Of a DNA stretch of 64,000 bases, positions 1-10,821 are shown piece after piece. Origin of the DNA: Candidatus Latescibacterota bacterium (lineage in GTDB: Bacteria; Latescibacterota; UBA2968; UBA8231); NCBI GenBank assembly GCA_965248265.1, contig CBDFJF010000002.1, forward strand, positions 1,536,001 to 1,600,000, read 5' to 3'. Each line of letters begins with the position of its first letter. The first letter of the stretch is position 1. The notes beneath the pieces are model-generated. The model worked only from the letters and a program-made list of their open reading frames with translations. It did not search any database and was not told the DNA's origin. The position numbers and the translations under genes were made by a program.

Positions 1-2
1 AA

Positions 3-119
3 GAGGCGCGTGACTTGGGCAACGAGTGCAGGTCGCTCTCGGACAACCTGAGGACTGTCGAAGTGGAGATCGAGAGACTCACGGACGAGGCAGATCATCC
101 GATCGACGACGGTCACTAG
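3..119 (+). CDS. 3' end of a gene entering from outside the window (coiled-coil-like C-terminus)
   Basis: Frame 3 is open from the window edge to TAG at 117-119 (EARDLGNECRSLSDNLRTVEVEIERLTDEADHPIDDGH*), 13 bp before the next ATG. Confidence 0.5.
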   Translation, partial: EARDLGNECRSLSDNLRTVEVEIERLTDEADHPIDDGH

Positions 120-132
120 TACGCAGGCCGCA

Positions 133-1017
133 ATGACAGCGAAAATCTACGCCGTCCTCTGGATCGCGATAGCCGCTGCGGGCGTGACCGGCATGTACAA
201 TGTCTACGCCCTCGTGATCTCGGTGAGGCACATGAATCTGACGCGCGAGGTCGAGTTGGAGATGCTCAGCTGTCGCCGCTACGAGATGGATTTCGTGGCT
301 ACCGAGGATACGAATCTGCTCGACAAACACGCAGCCGCATTCGAACGGGTCGCTGGCGGGGCGCGGCGTCTCGAGGTCGCTATACCGGATGTTTCGGTGC
401 TCCGTCACCTGGAGATCTACCGACTGGCCTTTCAGGATATGGTCAAAGCCATGACGGAAGTGGGGTTGAGCGAAGAGGACGGTCTGAGGGGCCGGCTACG
501 TGCGTCCATTCACGACGTCGAGGAAGCGCTGCAGGGCCGGGACGATCTCGTCAACCTGGTTCTGATGTGTCGGAGGCACGAAAAGGACTTCATCATCAGA
601 AACAAGGAAGTGAATGTGGAGAGGTTCGAGCGCAGTGCCGACGAGCTGTTGCGTGCCGTCCTGATGACTGATCTGGCCGCAGGTGGACAGTTTCTCATTC
701 CCGACATGATCGTGACCTACCGCGAGTCGTTCAGGAGCCTGGTAGATCGTATGGTGGAAGTCGGCCTTGACGAAGGCCAGGGCCTGAGAGGCAAGATGCG
801 TGATGCGGTCGACCAAACAAATGCGATTTTCGCGCAGCTGCACCGACTCGCAGAGGTAGAGCGTCAGCGTACCCTCAGGAGCTCTATTGGAGTCGCAGGG
901 GTCATGGTCGCGCTGATGGGCATCGCTGCCGGATTGCTGGTCAGTGCCAGGAGGAAGGTGGTCGCTCTGCATACTGAAGCCGCCCCGAGGCCGGAAGCGG
1001 TGGACGGTGGGAATTAA
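133..1017 (+). CDS. Membrane protein with a periplasmic HBM/4-helix-bundle chemoreceptor-type sensor domain and no cytoplasmic output domain
   Basis: Two TM segments flank a duplicated motif typical of MCP/HK HBM sensors (MLSCRRYEMDF...GLSEEDGLRGRLR and VLMCRRHEKDF...GLDEGQGLRGKMR). The tail after TM2 is only ~23 aa. Confidence 0.75.
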   Translation: MTAKIYAVLWIAIAAAGVTGMYNVYALVISVRHMNLTREVELEMLSCRRYEMDFVATEDTNLLDKHAAAFERVAGGARRLEVAIPDVSVLRHLEIYRLAFQDMVKAMTEVGLSEEDGLRGRLRASIHDVEEALQGRDDLVNLVLMCRRHEKDFIIRNKEVNVERFERSADELLRAVLMTDLAAGGQFLIPDMIVTYRESFRSLVDRMVEVGLDEGQGLRGKMRDAVDQTNAIFAQLHRLAEVERQRTLRSSIGVAGVMVALMGIAAGLLVSARRKVVALHTEAAPRPEAVDGGN

Positions 1018-1032
1018 CTCCTGGATCAACTG

Positions 1033-1234
1033 CATGTCAGTCAACTCCATTATTGACGCCAAGATCAGGGGCGCAACCAGTTCTTGGATCATCCGTTTCT
1101 ATCTACTAGCCCATGTATTGGCCGCGCCGCTAGTGGCCCAGACTCCTTCTCCCGTTCAGGTGAAGAGTGCCTACGTATACAACTTCCTCAAGTATGTGAC
1201 CTGGCAGGAAGAACGTTCCGGCTCCATCTCCTGA
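1033..1234 (+). pseudogene. N-terminal fragment of a YfiR/HmsC (DUF4154) family periplasmic regulator
   Basis: Signal-peptide-like stretch followed by VQVKSAYVYNFLKYVTW, matching the YfiR N-terminal VKAAxxYNFxKxVxW pattern. It stops about 9 aa later against the convergent kinase. Start codon uncertain. Confidence 0.6.
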
Positions 1235-1240
1235 GAAATT

Positions 1241-4200
1241 TCAGAGTTCTTTGGTATTCGCCGCAGAGTCTGGAGTGATCCGAAGTTGTGGAATCGCGTC
1301 GCAGGCAGCTTCCAGGGCAGTGCGAGCTGCTTCCAGATTCCACACCTCCATCGGACCCTTCACGTCCGTGAAGTAGTCTCCGAGCGAGGCCTCAAGGAGG
1401 CTCTCCGATTCCTGGAAGACGTCGAGCGCGGCGCTGTCACCTTCAGAGAGATTATCGTGTAGCGCCTGGATCGCATCGCTCGCAGCATCCCAATCTATCT
1501 CAACGGCCAACGGCACCTGTGTATCATCCTGCCGCTCCGGAATCGCATCGCGAATTCGGTTGACGACTACGTCGAGCTCACTCTCAAGCGTAGACAATCG
1601 GGCTTCGACGTCCTGGCCGTCGCGGATGGCTGCTTCGACCTGTGCGGCCTGTTCCTGAACGGCAGTCGCACCGATCGTGCCTGCGACACCCTTGAGGGAA
1701 TGGGCGGTGCGCTCGGCTCCTTCGCTGTCATCCTTCTCGAGCAGCGCCTTGATCGTTGCGACGCTGTGGAGCTCATCTCCTTCGACGAACTGGCGCAGCA
1801 GGTTTTCGTAGAGCGCCGTTTTACCGAGCACGCGACGCAGCCCGGCCTGCGTGTCGAGGCCGGGGATATCGAAGGACCCGTTTGAAGTCTCTGTCCGTGG
1901 TTGCTGTGACGCGGCCACTTCATCCTTTTGTGCGTCCTCGATCTGGTCGAGTTGAATGAAATTGAGCAGGGCGTTGAAAAGCACGGAGGGCTCAATCGGC
2001 TTGGCGATGTGGTCGTTCATACCAGCTGCACGCGTCCTCTCGCGGTCCTTTTCCATGGCGTTCGCCGTCATGGCCAGGATTGGCAAGTCGGCGAAGTCAG
2101 GATTCTTGCGGATCTCTCTGGTGGCGGTGACTCCGTCCATCACCGGCATCTGCATGTCCATGAGGACGACATCGTAGTCGGTCTCGCCGACCATGCGGAC
2201 GGCTTCCTCTCCATTCTCAGCGAGATCCACTTCGAGGCCAGCTTCTTTGAGCAGTTCCATCGCCACCTGCTGGTTGAGTTCGTTGTCTTCGACCAGCAGG
2301 ATCCGTGCCCCCGCGATCGAGCCGATGCGATCTTCCCAATCCTCGTGTTGTTGTTCCTGCTCGGTAGCGACGGCGCCGCCAAGGGCACGAATGGAAGCAT
2401 CGAATAGTTGTGATTGGGTAACCGGTTTCGTAAGGACGGTGCGGATGCCGGCTTGCTCCGCTTCGTTGACCACCTCGGACCGGCCATAGGCCGTCACCAT
2501 GACCCTTTGCGGTTCGTGTGCAGCACCCAGCGCTGCGATTCGCCGGCCGGCTTCTATGCCATCGATGCCGTCGAGTTTCCAGTCGAGGAAGACGATATCG
2601 TAGGGATCACTGCCGCTGTTTTGATCGCGGACAGCGTCGACTGCCTCCTCCCCAGAGCTGACGACGTCCGCTCTGAAGGACATGGAAGTCAACATCGTGG
2701 ACAGGATCTCACGAGCGCTGTCGTTGTCGTCCACCACCAGGACACGCCGATCTCTCAGGTCGGGGTCAGGTACCCGGTCACGCCGGGAGGTCGCTGCCTT
2801 GCCAATCCCAGCCGTGAACCAGAAGGTGCTGCCCACACCCTGCTGGGAAGCCACGCCGACTTCCCCGCCCATCGCTTCAGCCAATCGTTTCGAGATGACC
2901 AGACCGAGTCCGGTGCCACCGTACTTTCGGGTGGTGCTGGTATCGGCCTGAGCGAAGGACTCGAACAGCTTGCTTCGCTGCTTCTCGGTCATGCCAATTC
3001 CGGTGTCCTCGACCTCGAAGCGGACAAACAGATCGCGTTCCCGCTCTTCCAGGATCCGGGCGCGCACGACGATCTCACCCGCTTCGGTAAACTTGACCGC
3101 GTTGGTGGCGTAGTTAATCAGAATCTGGCCGATTCTCAGCGGGTCTCCAATCAGATTGCCGGTCAGATTCGGGTCGACGTCAAAGATCAGCTCCAGTCCC
3201 TTGGCAGACGATTTCTCCCCAATCAGGCTGGCTACATTATCAAGAACCTCTTCGATATTGAACTCGATCTCTTCGATTTCGAGCTTTCCAGACTCAACCT
3301 TCGAAAAATCGAGGATATCATTGATGATTCCCAGCAGATGCTGGCCAGAGCTGTGAATCTTGGCGACGTAGTCCTTCTGTTTGGCATCGAGGTTGGTTCT
3401 CAACGCCAGATGGGCCATGCCAATGATGGCGTTCATCGGAGTCCGAATCTCGTGTGACATGTTAGCGAGAAAATCGGCTTTCGTCTGTGCCGACGATTCT
3501 GCGGCCTCACGAGCCGCCTCGGTCGACACTGTCATGCGATTGAAGGTGCGGACGATGACGAACATCAGGACGAGACCGACCATGAGTGCAATGGTGCCGA
3601 TACCGGAGACGATGTAGGTGCTCAGCGTGTTGCGTTCCTGCAACTGCGGACCGATGGTGTCCTGCACTCCTTTGATGTCGAGCTTTACGTCCTCGACGTT
3701 CTTGGCAATTTCTGGCCCCAGGCGGTCCAGAGTTTCAGTGATGATGGAGTTGCGCTCGAAGATTATGTCGACCAGGTCTTCGAACGTCGTGCGGTATTCG
3801 TCGAACGCCACCAGGACCGAGAGGAGCATTTCCCGCCGGTGTTCGTTGTCGAGGTCGCCGTCGAGAGTGTCCAGGCGCTTGTCGACAGCCGTGAACTCTC
3901 TGCGCACACGGTCGACGGAGGCCTGATCGTTGTTGACGAGGAACTTGGTCACGTAGAGACGTGCCAGCAGGAGGTGTTTCATCGCCAACCCGGCGTGGAA
4001 AGCGGCCGCCATGTCGTGGCTCTCCTCCGCCGAGGTCATGATCGCCGTGAGGTTTACCTCCATGTACGGTCCGCGAACATCGAGGACCTTGAACACCGCG
4101 TCGTTGCGGCGCTCGCGCAGGGCGACAACCTGATCGAAGGCGTCGACATAATCCCTCAGGTTGAAGGCGACATTGTCAATCTGGGCCGCGCGTTCCTCCT

Positions 4201-4531
4201 TCGTTATCTCCTGCTGTGCCTCCTCCAGGAATCCGGCCATTCTGCGGTAGTAATCGGCGTACTGCTGCAGGTCCTTGTAGCTGCCAGTGATGATGAAGTC
4301 CTTCACGTTCATCCGGACCATCAGCATGTTGGCCTGCAGGCGGCCAGACAGGTTGGCGTCTCGAGCCATTTCGCGATAGCGGGTAAACCCGGATGAGGAA
4401 GTATCAATCACGTAATAGCTGATGCCTGATACCCCACTCAAGAGAACGAGGACTGCCGTAAAACCCCAGATCAGTCTGCGTCCCGCGGACGCAGACTGGG
4501 CTTGCCCTATCATCTGTCTGAGTTTCAGCAT
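1241..4531 (-). CDS. Hybrid sensor histidine kinase (periplasmic helical sensor, HisKA, HATPase, two REC domains, Hpt)
   Basis: H-box [17 protein letters not shown]-box [15 protein letters not shown]-boxes DTGIG and YGGTGLGL, two receivers (VLVVDDN..FLDW; LLVEDN..LMDMQMP), Hpt AHSLKG. Confidence 0.95.
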   Translation of the reverse strand: MLKLRQMIGQAQSASAGRRLIWGFTAVLVLLSGVSGISYYVIDTSSSGFTRYREMARDANLSGRLQANMLMVRMNVKDFIITGSYKDLQQYADYYRRMAGFLEEAQQEITKEERAAQIDNVAFNLRDYVDAFDQVVALRERRNDAVFKVLDVRGPYMEVNLTAIMTSAEESHDMAAAFHAGLAMKHLLLARLYVTKFLVNNDQASVDRVRREFTAVDKRLDTLDGDLDNEHRREMLLSVLVAFDEYRTTFEDLVDIIFERNSIITETLDRLGPEIAKNVEDVKLDIKGVQDTIGPQLQERNTLSTYIVSGIGTIALMVGLVLMFVIVRTFNRMTVSTEAAREAAESSAQTKADFLANMSHEIRTPMNAIIGMAHLALRTNLDAKQKDYVAKIHSSGQHLLGIINDILDFSKVESGKLEIEEIEFNIEEVLDNVASLIGEKSSAKGLELIFDVDPNLTGNLIGDPLRIGQILINYATNAVKFTEAGEIVVRARILEERERDLFVRFEVEDTGIGMTEKQRSKLFESFAQADTSTTRKYGGTGLGLVISKRLAEAMGGEVGVASQQGVGSTFWFTAGIGKAATSRRDRVPDPDLRDRRVLVVDDNDSAREILSTMLTSMSFRADVVSSGEEAVDAVRDQNSGSDPYDIVFLDWKLDGIDGIEAGRRIAALGAAHEPQRVMVTAYGRSEVVNEAEQAGIRTVLTKPVTQSQLFDASIRALGGAVATEQEQQHEDWEDRIGSIAGARILLVEDNELNQQVAMELLKEAGLEVDLAENGEEAVRMVGETDYDVVLMDMQMPVMDGVTATREIRKNPDFADLPILAMTANAMEKDRERTRAAGMNDHIAKPIEPSVLFNALLNFIQLDQIEDAQKDEVAASQQPRTETSNGSFDIPGLDTQAGLRRVLGKTALYENLLRQFVEGDELHSVATIKALLEKDDSEGAERTAHSLKGVAGTIGATAVQEQAAQVEAAIRDGQDVEARLSTLESELDVVVNRIRDAIPERQDDTQVPLAVEIDWDAASDAIQALHDNLSEGDSAALDVFQESESLLEASLGDYFTDVKGPMEVWNLEAARTALEAACDAIPQLRITPDSAANTKEL

Positions 4532-4554
4532 GATCCCTCGAAAGCGTGGTAACG

Positions 4555-4570
4555 TGTTGCCTTGGCAACA
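4555..4570. promoter_or_regulatory. Palindromic candidate operator between the divergent kinase genes
   Basis: TGTTGCC-TT-GGCAACA perfect 7-bp inverted repeat, 23 bp upstream of the minus-strand kinase ATG. Confidence 0.35.
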
Positions 4571-4780
4571 ACTTAGACGCGAAACTCGATATTATAGACA
4601 AAAGTGACCCCGATTGCCAAACCAAGACGCTCGGCATCTGCGCGTGCCCAGGACCGAGGAGTCGCCAGGCCCGGTGATGGCTCACACGCCAGCCTGCACG
4701 TAGCTTTTCGGTCGCGTGGTGAACCACTTCACTGGGTATCACAAAGAGGGTCTCAGCTCGGGGACCAGATCGAGGCACAT

Positions 4781-7459
4781 ATGACGCTCAGGCAAAAGCT
4801 CATCGGTACTCAGGCGCTGGCTGTGATCGCGGTATTGCTCGGGATGTCCTTCTATTACCAGTACAGCTCCCTGGCGGCGGAGCGCGAACTGGCAGACAAG
4901 CTAACAGCGACCGCCGATCTACTGGCCCAGAACACTGCAGCCGCAGTCGTGTTTCTCGACCCGGAGACGGCGAGCGAGATGCTGGCGTCGCTGCGGGTCG
5001 AGCAGCATGTGATGAACGCGTCCATCTACAACGAGGCCGGCGAGGTTTTCGCCAGCTACCAACGTGAGGACGTAACCGAGTTTTCCTTTCCTGCAGTGCA
5101 GACGTCCGGTACGACGCTCACCGAGGACCAGTTTGAGCTCTTCCATCCACTGACGTCTGGAGGCGTGTCGGTCGGCACCGTGTACCTGCGCTCGAACTTG
5201 ACGTGGCTCGAGACAAGGCGTCGAGAACTCCTCCAGCAAACCGTCATTCTACTTTGTCTCGGTGGAGGGATCTCCACCCTTTTGTTGTTGTTGTTGCAGC
5301 GATCGATCGCTGGACCCCTGCGCCGACTCTCGGAGGCCAGTGCGCGCGTTGCCGAGAGCAGTGAGCACACCCAGGTGGAAGGTGGTGGTACCGACGAATT
5401 GGAGGCTCTGGCCACGGCCTTCAACCAGATGGTGTCGCAGGTGCAGGCTCGAGACCGCTCATTGCGGGAAGCGCGCGACACACTTGAGCAGCGCGTGGAA
5501 GAGCGCACGACGGAGCTGCGGCAGGCCACGGAAGCGGTGCAGAAGGAGCTCGACGGCCGTCTCGCGGCCGAGGAACGCATCCAGGCGCTCGTTGACTCGG
5601 CGGCGGCGGGGATGCTGGTGGTCGATGGCCAGGGCCGGATGGCGCTCGTCAACGATTACTTCGTGTCCATGTTCGGCTACGAGCGCGACGAACTGATCGG
5701 GCAGCCTGCCGTGATGCTGGTTCCGGATGCGGCGCGCGAGATCCACGAGGGGGAACTGCACGATTTTCTGGATGACCCCGACGACCCTGGACAGGGACGG
5801 TTGAGGAGCCTGCACGGACGCCGAAAGGACGGCAGTGAGCTGCCTCTCGAGATCGGTATAGCGCCCATGGTCACGCAGGAGGGCACGTTCGTGTCGATGG
5901 TCGTCATCGATGTGACCGATCGCAAGCGGGCGATGGAGGAGCTGAATGCGGCGCGTGACCTGGCGGAGCGGACGAATGCGGCCAAGAGCGCCTTCATGGC
6001 CAACATATCGCACGAGCTTCGCACGCCGCTCAACGGCATCATCGGTGCCGGGGAGATCCTGCAACACGGTAGTTTCGGTCAGCTGTCGCCACAGCAACAC
6101 GAGTATGTCGGCACCGTGCTGGAGAGTGGACAGCAACTGCTCAAGTTGATCAACAACATCGTCGATGTGGCGAGGATGGAGTCCGGCGAACTGGCACTGG
6201 CACCGGGGGCGGTCGACCTAAAGAGGGTTCTCGGCGAACTGGAAGAATCCTTCGGCGTGCGCGCGGCCGAAAAGGGATTGGCGTTCAACATCGACCTCGA
6301 CGGAGAGGTGCCGCAGGCGATCGTCATCGATGGGCACAGGCTGCGTCAGGTGCTTGGCAGCCTCATCGACAACGGTATCAAGTTCACCAAAAGGGGTAGC
6401 GTCCTGCTGCAGGTGAAGAGCAGCACCGCTGCTGAGATAGGACAGTGCAACCTGACCTTCTGTGTGCGTGACACGGGCCCCGGCATCCCGGACGATCAGC
6501 AGCAGGGCATCTTCGAGGCCTTCGGGCAGCGCGAGGGCCAGAGTATCAACGAGTACGGTGGGGTCGGAGTCGGCCTGGCACTGACACGACGTATCGTCGA
6601 CAGCATGGGAGGCACAATCCATCTGCAAAGCGTCCTCGGCGTGGGCTCGACCTTTGAGGTCGTCCTGACCGAGGTCCCGACGGCGTCGTTGGAGGAGATC
6701 GCCGAGGAGGTCCCCCACGTCGACGCAGATCGCGTCACCTTCCACGCGGCAAAAGTGCTGGTGGCGGATGACGTGCACACCAACCGGCACCTGATCAGGG
6801 GGTTCCTGGAGACCTACGGTCTTGCGGTAGTGGAGGCGGATAACGGCGCCGAAGCGATCGACGCGGTGCGTCGCGAGTCGCCGGACCTGGTGCTGATGGA
6901 CGTCAAGATGCCGGTCCTCGACGGCTTCAAGGCGACGGAACGGCTGAAGGCGAACGAGGCGACGCGAGAGCTGCCCGTCATAGCCCTGACGGCGTCGGTG
7001 ATGCGTGAGTCGGAGACAGAGATCCGCGAGCTGTTCGACGGCTTCCTGCGCAAGCCGGTCGGCCGCGATCACCTCGTGGAGGAGTTGGCGCGCTTCCTCT
7101 CAAACGAAGACGCTGCCGCAGGGGAGGAGTTTGGCGCAGGCGCGGAGGGGCCGGTGTGGTCACCTGATACCCTGGACGATGCGATGCGGGCGCGGTTGCC
7201 GGAGCTGCAGGAGGTAGTGGACGGGGAACTGCAGACCGAATGGGAGGAGGCCAACCACACACAGATTCTCAACAATGTGGAGGCCCTCGGCGAGCGCGCT
7301 GGCGAGCTTGGCCGGGAGTACGGGTTCGAGCCGCTGCGCGACTGGGGCGAGCGCCTGCAGGTCCAGGCCAGCACCTTCCAGATGGACGCGATGCCGAAGA
7401 CGCTGGAAGAGTTCCCTGGAATGGTGTTGCAGTTGAGAGCAGCGGTGGAGGGGGCGTAG
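4781..7459 (+). CDS. Hybrid sensor histidine kinase (CHASE8-like sensor, HAMP, PAS, HisKA, HATPase, REC, C-terminal helical domain)
   Basis: Start re-assigned to ATG 4781 after GAGG. AQNTAAAVVFLDPETASEMLASL is CHASE8-like. Also HAMP DELEALATAFNQM, PAS GRRKDGSELPLEI, H-box ANISHELRTPLN and REC LVADD..LVLMD. Confidence 0.92.
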   Translation: MTLRQKLIGTQALAVIAVLLGMSFYYQYSSLAAERELADKLTATADLLAQNTAAAVVFLDPETASEMLASLRVEQHVMNASIYNEAGEVFASYQREDVTEFSFPAVQTSGTTLTEDQFELFHPLTSGGVSVGTVYLRSNLTWLETRRRELLQQTVILLCLGGGISTLLLLLLQRSIAGPLRRLSEASARVAESSEHTQVEGGGTDELEALATAFNQMVSQVQARDRSLREARDTLEQRVEERTTELRQATEAVQKELDGRLAAEERIQALVDSAAAGMLVVDGQGRMALVNDYFVSMFGYERDELIGQPAVMLVPDAAREIHEGELHDFLDDPDDPGQGRLRSLHGRRKDGSELPLEIGIAPMVTQEGTFVSMVVIDVTDRKRAMEELNAARDLAERTNAAKSAFMANISHELRTPLNGIIGAGEILQHGSFGQLSPQQHEYVGTVLESGQQLLKLINNIVDVARMESGELALAPGAVDLKRVLGELEESFGVRAAEKGLAFNIDLDGEVPQAIVIDGHRLRQVLGSLIDNGIKFTKRGSVLLQVKSSTAAEIGQCNLTFCVRDTGPGIPDDQQQGIFEAFGQREGQSINEYGGVGVGLALTRRIVDSMGGTIHLQSVLGVGSTFEVVLTEVPTASLEEIAEEVPHVDADRVTFHAAKVLVADDVHTNRHLIRGFLETYGLAVVEADNGAEAIDAVRRESPDLVLMDVKMPVLDGFKATERLKANEATRELPVIALTASVMRESETEIRELFDGFLRKPVGRDHLVEELARFLSNEDAAAGEEFGAGAEGPVWSPDTLDDAMRARLPELQEVVDGELQTEWEEANHTQILNNVEALGERAGELGREYGFEPLRDWGERLQVQASTFQMDAMPKTLEEFPGMVLQLRAAVEGA

Positions 7460-7503
7460 CCCATGGACCAGACGTGTCCTGCCGGGAGGATGGCCACCAG
7501 ACC

Positions 7504-9744
7504 ATGACCATTCGAGCGAAGTCCTTCCTGATCTTCATGCTCCTTGTTGCCGGCCTGCTGGTCGTGGTGTGGCAGACCTCGACGTCGATCTTGCTCGAAG
7601 ACTATGTCGCCCTCGAACAGGCCAAAGGTGAACAGAATCTGGAGCGTCTCAGGCGGTCGGTCGGGCAGGAGCTGTCGCAGATGGACCGGACAGCGAACGA
7701 TTGGGGCTCCTGGAACGAGACCTACGAGTTCGTCGCCGATTTGAATCCGGAATACATAGCGCAGAACATCACGCCAACGACCTACGATTCGTTGGGGATC
7801 ACTCTCAACCTGGCCCAATACCTCGACCTGGAGGGGCGTGTCGTCTTCGATCGTGGTTTCGACTTCCACCGTCACCAGTGGGTGGCAGCAGCGGATCTCA
7901 GCGACCACCACACTGAGGAGGGCCTCCTGCGCCCCCTCGCGCTGGACGAGGCCCTGTCGGGAATAGTCATGGTCGATGAGGGTCCCATGCTGACGATCGT
8001 GCGGTCGATCCTGACCAGCGCCGCGGAAGGTCCCAGCCGGGGCCGCATCGTCATGGGACGCTTGCTGGATGACAACGTGGTTCAGCATCTGGGCAGAACG
8101 ACGAGACTCGATGTCGTCGCCCACGAGTGGAATGCCGTCGACCTGCCGCCTGACGTCGAGTCGGCCCAGGACGAGCTGTCGAGCAAGACTCCGACGTCCG
8201 TCCAGTTCCCACGAGACGACTTAGCGCACGGCTATCTGCTGATCGACGACATCTACGGCGAGCCGGCGGTGATCCTAAAGGCGACGATGGATCGCGAGAT
8301 CTATCTCAGCGGCAAGTCGACGATCGAATTCCATATCGTGCTGCTCCTGGCGGGCGGGCTGGTCTGCGTCCTCATCTGTATGCTGTTCCTCGATCGGACC
8401 GTGCTGGTCCGACTGACTCGGCTGGTGAGCCAGGTCAACCAGATACGGGAGGACCGCAGCATTCGCATGGAGGCGCCTGGCAACGACGAGATCTCCGTCC
8501 TCGCCCGGCAGTTGAATGTTATGCTGACGGCCGTCGAGCAGGCGGAGGCGAACCTGCGCGAATCGAACCAGTCTCTGGAACGGCGAGTCGAGGAGCGCAC
8601 CGAGGAGCTGGCCGGCCTCAATAGACAGCTCGAGTCGGAGATGGTCGAGCGCAAGGCGGCCCAGCGCGAGGCGGAGGAGCAGGCCGAGGTGGCAGAGAAG
8701 GCCAATTACGCCAAGAGTGCCTTCCTGGCAAACATCAGTCACGAAGTCAGGACGCCGATGAATGCGATCCTCGGCTATTCTGACATCTTGCAGCGTGCCC
8801 TGACCGATCCACAGCAAAGGGGCTATTTGAGCTCCATCGACAGCAGCGGTCGGACCCTGATCAGCCTGCTGGAGAGCATCCTCGACTTCTCGAGGCTGCA
8901 GTCCGGCGATCTCGTCCTTGACACGTCCGCAATGCAAGTGCGAAGCCTGATCACCGATCTGGACCGATCGTTCGAGTCGGAAGCCGAAGCCAAGGGTTTG
9001 TCCTACTCCTCCAGCATCGCCGAAAACATCCCGGATGTTGTGCTGATGGACGAGAGTCGGGTCCGGCAGGTGTTGCTCAACCTGGTTGGAAACGCCATCA
9101 AGTTCACCGGATCCGGCACGGTGACCCTGCAGGTGACGGCTTCGGAGGATGCCTCAGGTGCGACGATCGTCTTCTCGATCCGTGATACGGGGATCGGGAT
9201 TGCGCCGGATCAGCAAGAGCGAATTTTCGGTGCCTTCGATCAGCAGGCCGGTCAGAGCATCAACGAATATGGTGGTACCGGCATGGGCCTCGCTCTGAGC
9301 AGGGGCCTCGCGACGTTAATGAATGGCGAAATTACCGTGGCGAGCGAACTTGGTGCGGGCAGTGAGTTCACCGTGACGATTCCCGGGGTGGAGGTGATCA
9401 CGCGTCCCACAGCTCCGCAGGAGATCGAAACTGATCAGGGACAGGTCAGCATCGATGTCGAGCTCTCAGATGACACCATCGCCGGGCTACCCGACCTGCT
9501 CGAGCGTCTGCAGTCGCAGACAGCGACGTTGGACTCGTTGACCGAGACGCTGACGATCAACGACCTGGAGTCGTTCGCGCGGAGCATGTCCAGCATGGGT
9601 CGAGAATTCGACTACCCACCCCTCGAGAACTGGGCGAACATCCTGGCGGAGCAGGTCCGTGGGTTCGACATGGACGCGATCCCGCACACGCTCCAGGCGT
9701 ATCTGGATGTGCAAGAGGCAATCAAAGCCCGTGTGGGTCGGTAG
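7504..9744 (+). CDS. Sensor histidine kinase (CHASE4, HAMP, HisKA, HATPase, C-terminal helical domain; no receiver)
   Basis: Start ATG 7504 (MTIRAKS). CHASE4 signature DWGSWNETYEFV, HAMP DEISVLARQLNVM, H-box ANISHEVRTPMN, N-box NLVGNAIKFT. Confidence 0.92.
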   Translation: MTIRAKSFLIFMLLVAGLLVVVWQTSTSILLEDYVALEQAKGEQNLERLRRSVGQELSQMDRTANDWGSWNETYEFVADLNPEYIAQNITPTTYDSLGITLNLAQYLDLEGRVVFDRGFDFHRHQWVAAADLSDHHTEEGLLRPLALDEALSGIVMVDEGPMLTIVRSILTSAAEGPSRGRIVMGRLLDDNVVQHLGRTTRLDVVAHEWNAVDLPPDVESAQDELSSKTPTSVQFPRDDLAHGYLLIDDIYGEPAVILKATMDREIYLSGKSTIEFHIVLLLAGGLVCVLICMLFLDRTVLVRLTRLVSQVNQIREDRSIRMEAPGNDEISVLARQLNVMLTAVEQAEANLRESNQSLERRVEERTEELAGLNRQLESEMVERKAAQREAEEQAEVAEKANYAKSAFLANISHEVRTPMNAILGYSDILQRALTDPQQRGYLSSIDSSGRTLISLLESILDFSRLQSGDLVLDTSAMQVRSLITDLDRSFESEAEAKGLSYSSSIAENIPDVVLMDESRVRQVLLNLVGNAIKFTGSGTVTLQVTASEDASGATIVFSIRDTGIGIAPDQQERIFGAFDQQAGQSINEYGGTGMGLALSRGLATLMNGEITVASELGAGSEFTVTIPGVEVITRPTAPQEIETDQGQVSIDVELSDDTIAGLPDLLERLQSQTATLDSLTETLTINDLESFARSMSSMGREFDYPPLENWANILAEQVRGFDMDAIPHTLQAYLDVQEAIKARVGR

Positions 9745-9972
9745 GCTGCAAGCTCGTCTCTGAGCTGGGCGCCGACGCCCTCGATGGCCTGCCGATCCCA
9801 AACGAACCGGGCAAGGGCTATTTCGATCTGGACGAGACGCTGAAGATCAAGAAGAAGATTGCCTGGCGAAGCGAAGCTACCGTTGGGCCGCGTCGGTTTC
9901 GCCAGTGACGTCTATCAATGGATGCGCAAGAACCACAGAATGGAGGTGGAGTCCCCGCTCTGTGTAATAATA

Positions 9973-10719
9973 CTATGCCGCGAATGGGTGGGGAGTCACT
10001 CCGAAGTTCTTGTAGGAGTCGACTCCGCGCAGGAGGATGGGCTTCTGGGGGTGCACGGTCTTTTCTTCGGTTGGACGGACTTCGGGTCTGATGAAACGGA
10101 CGGTGAGGCCGCAACGGCGCCGGTCGGAGATGTTGGGGTTGCTGCAGTGGTAGGTCTTGCCGTCGTGGATGGAAATCTGACCCGCTTCCAGTTCCAGGTG
10201 CCTGACCTTTGACTTGTCGATGAGCTCATCCGGGATTTCCTGGTTGATACTGAGCAAGTTGCCGTCGCGTTCTGATTTTCCGTGTGGGGCGATGGTGCCG
10301 TTGATGTGGGAACCGGCGACCATTTGCATACAGCCATTTTCGCGGTCTGCTTTGTCGACAGCAATCCAGGCCGTGTGTGCTTCGGGCGGTTCGAGGCCCC
10401 AGTAGGTCACATCCTGGTGCCAGGCGACGAATTTTTTGCCTTCCTCCGGGCCCGGATACTTGCAGAAGAAGTGAGTCGCCAGCAGCATGACGTCGTTGCC
10501 AATGAGAGCCGAGATGGCATCGACGATGCGTTCGTCTGAGGCCAGTAGCCAGATGAATTCGTGCTCGAAGTGCCTCGACACCATGCCGATGGAGGTAGTC
10601 TCCCTGCCAAGACGTTCCTCGAGCTCATCGAATTGCTGCCGGTAGCCTGAGATCTCTTCAGGCGAGAAGATGTCGATGCCGGTGAGAAATCCATCTCTTT
10701 CGTATGCCGCTACGTCCAT
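9973..10719 (-). CDS. Phytanoyl-CoA dioxygenase (PhyH) family Fe(II)/2OG dioxygenase
   Basis: YERDGF N-terminus, WHQD iron motif, GCMQMVAGSH, distal H..SNPN.S..RR. Confidence 0.92.
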   Translation of the reverse strand: MDVAAYERDGFLTGIDIFSPEEISGYRQQFDELEERLGRETTSIGMVSRHFEHEFIWLLASDERIVDAISALIGNDVMLLATHFFCKYPGPEEGKKFVAWHQDVTYWGLEPPEAHTAWIAVDKADRENGCMQMVAGSHINGTIAPHGKSERDGNLLSINQEIPDELIDKSKVRHLELEAGQISIHDGKTYHCSNPNISDRRRCGLTVRFIRPEVRPTEEKTVHPQKPILLRGVDSYKNFGVTPHPFAA

Positions 10720-10821
10720 GTGTGGGTGTTCCCGTGTTCATGGGGTTGAGAAGTAGGCAGTGCAAGTCTAAGAACTTAGGGAAAGGATCCAGATGTTCAA
10801 CGCGAGGTGTCCGTCCCCATG

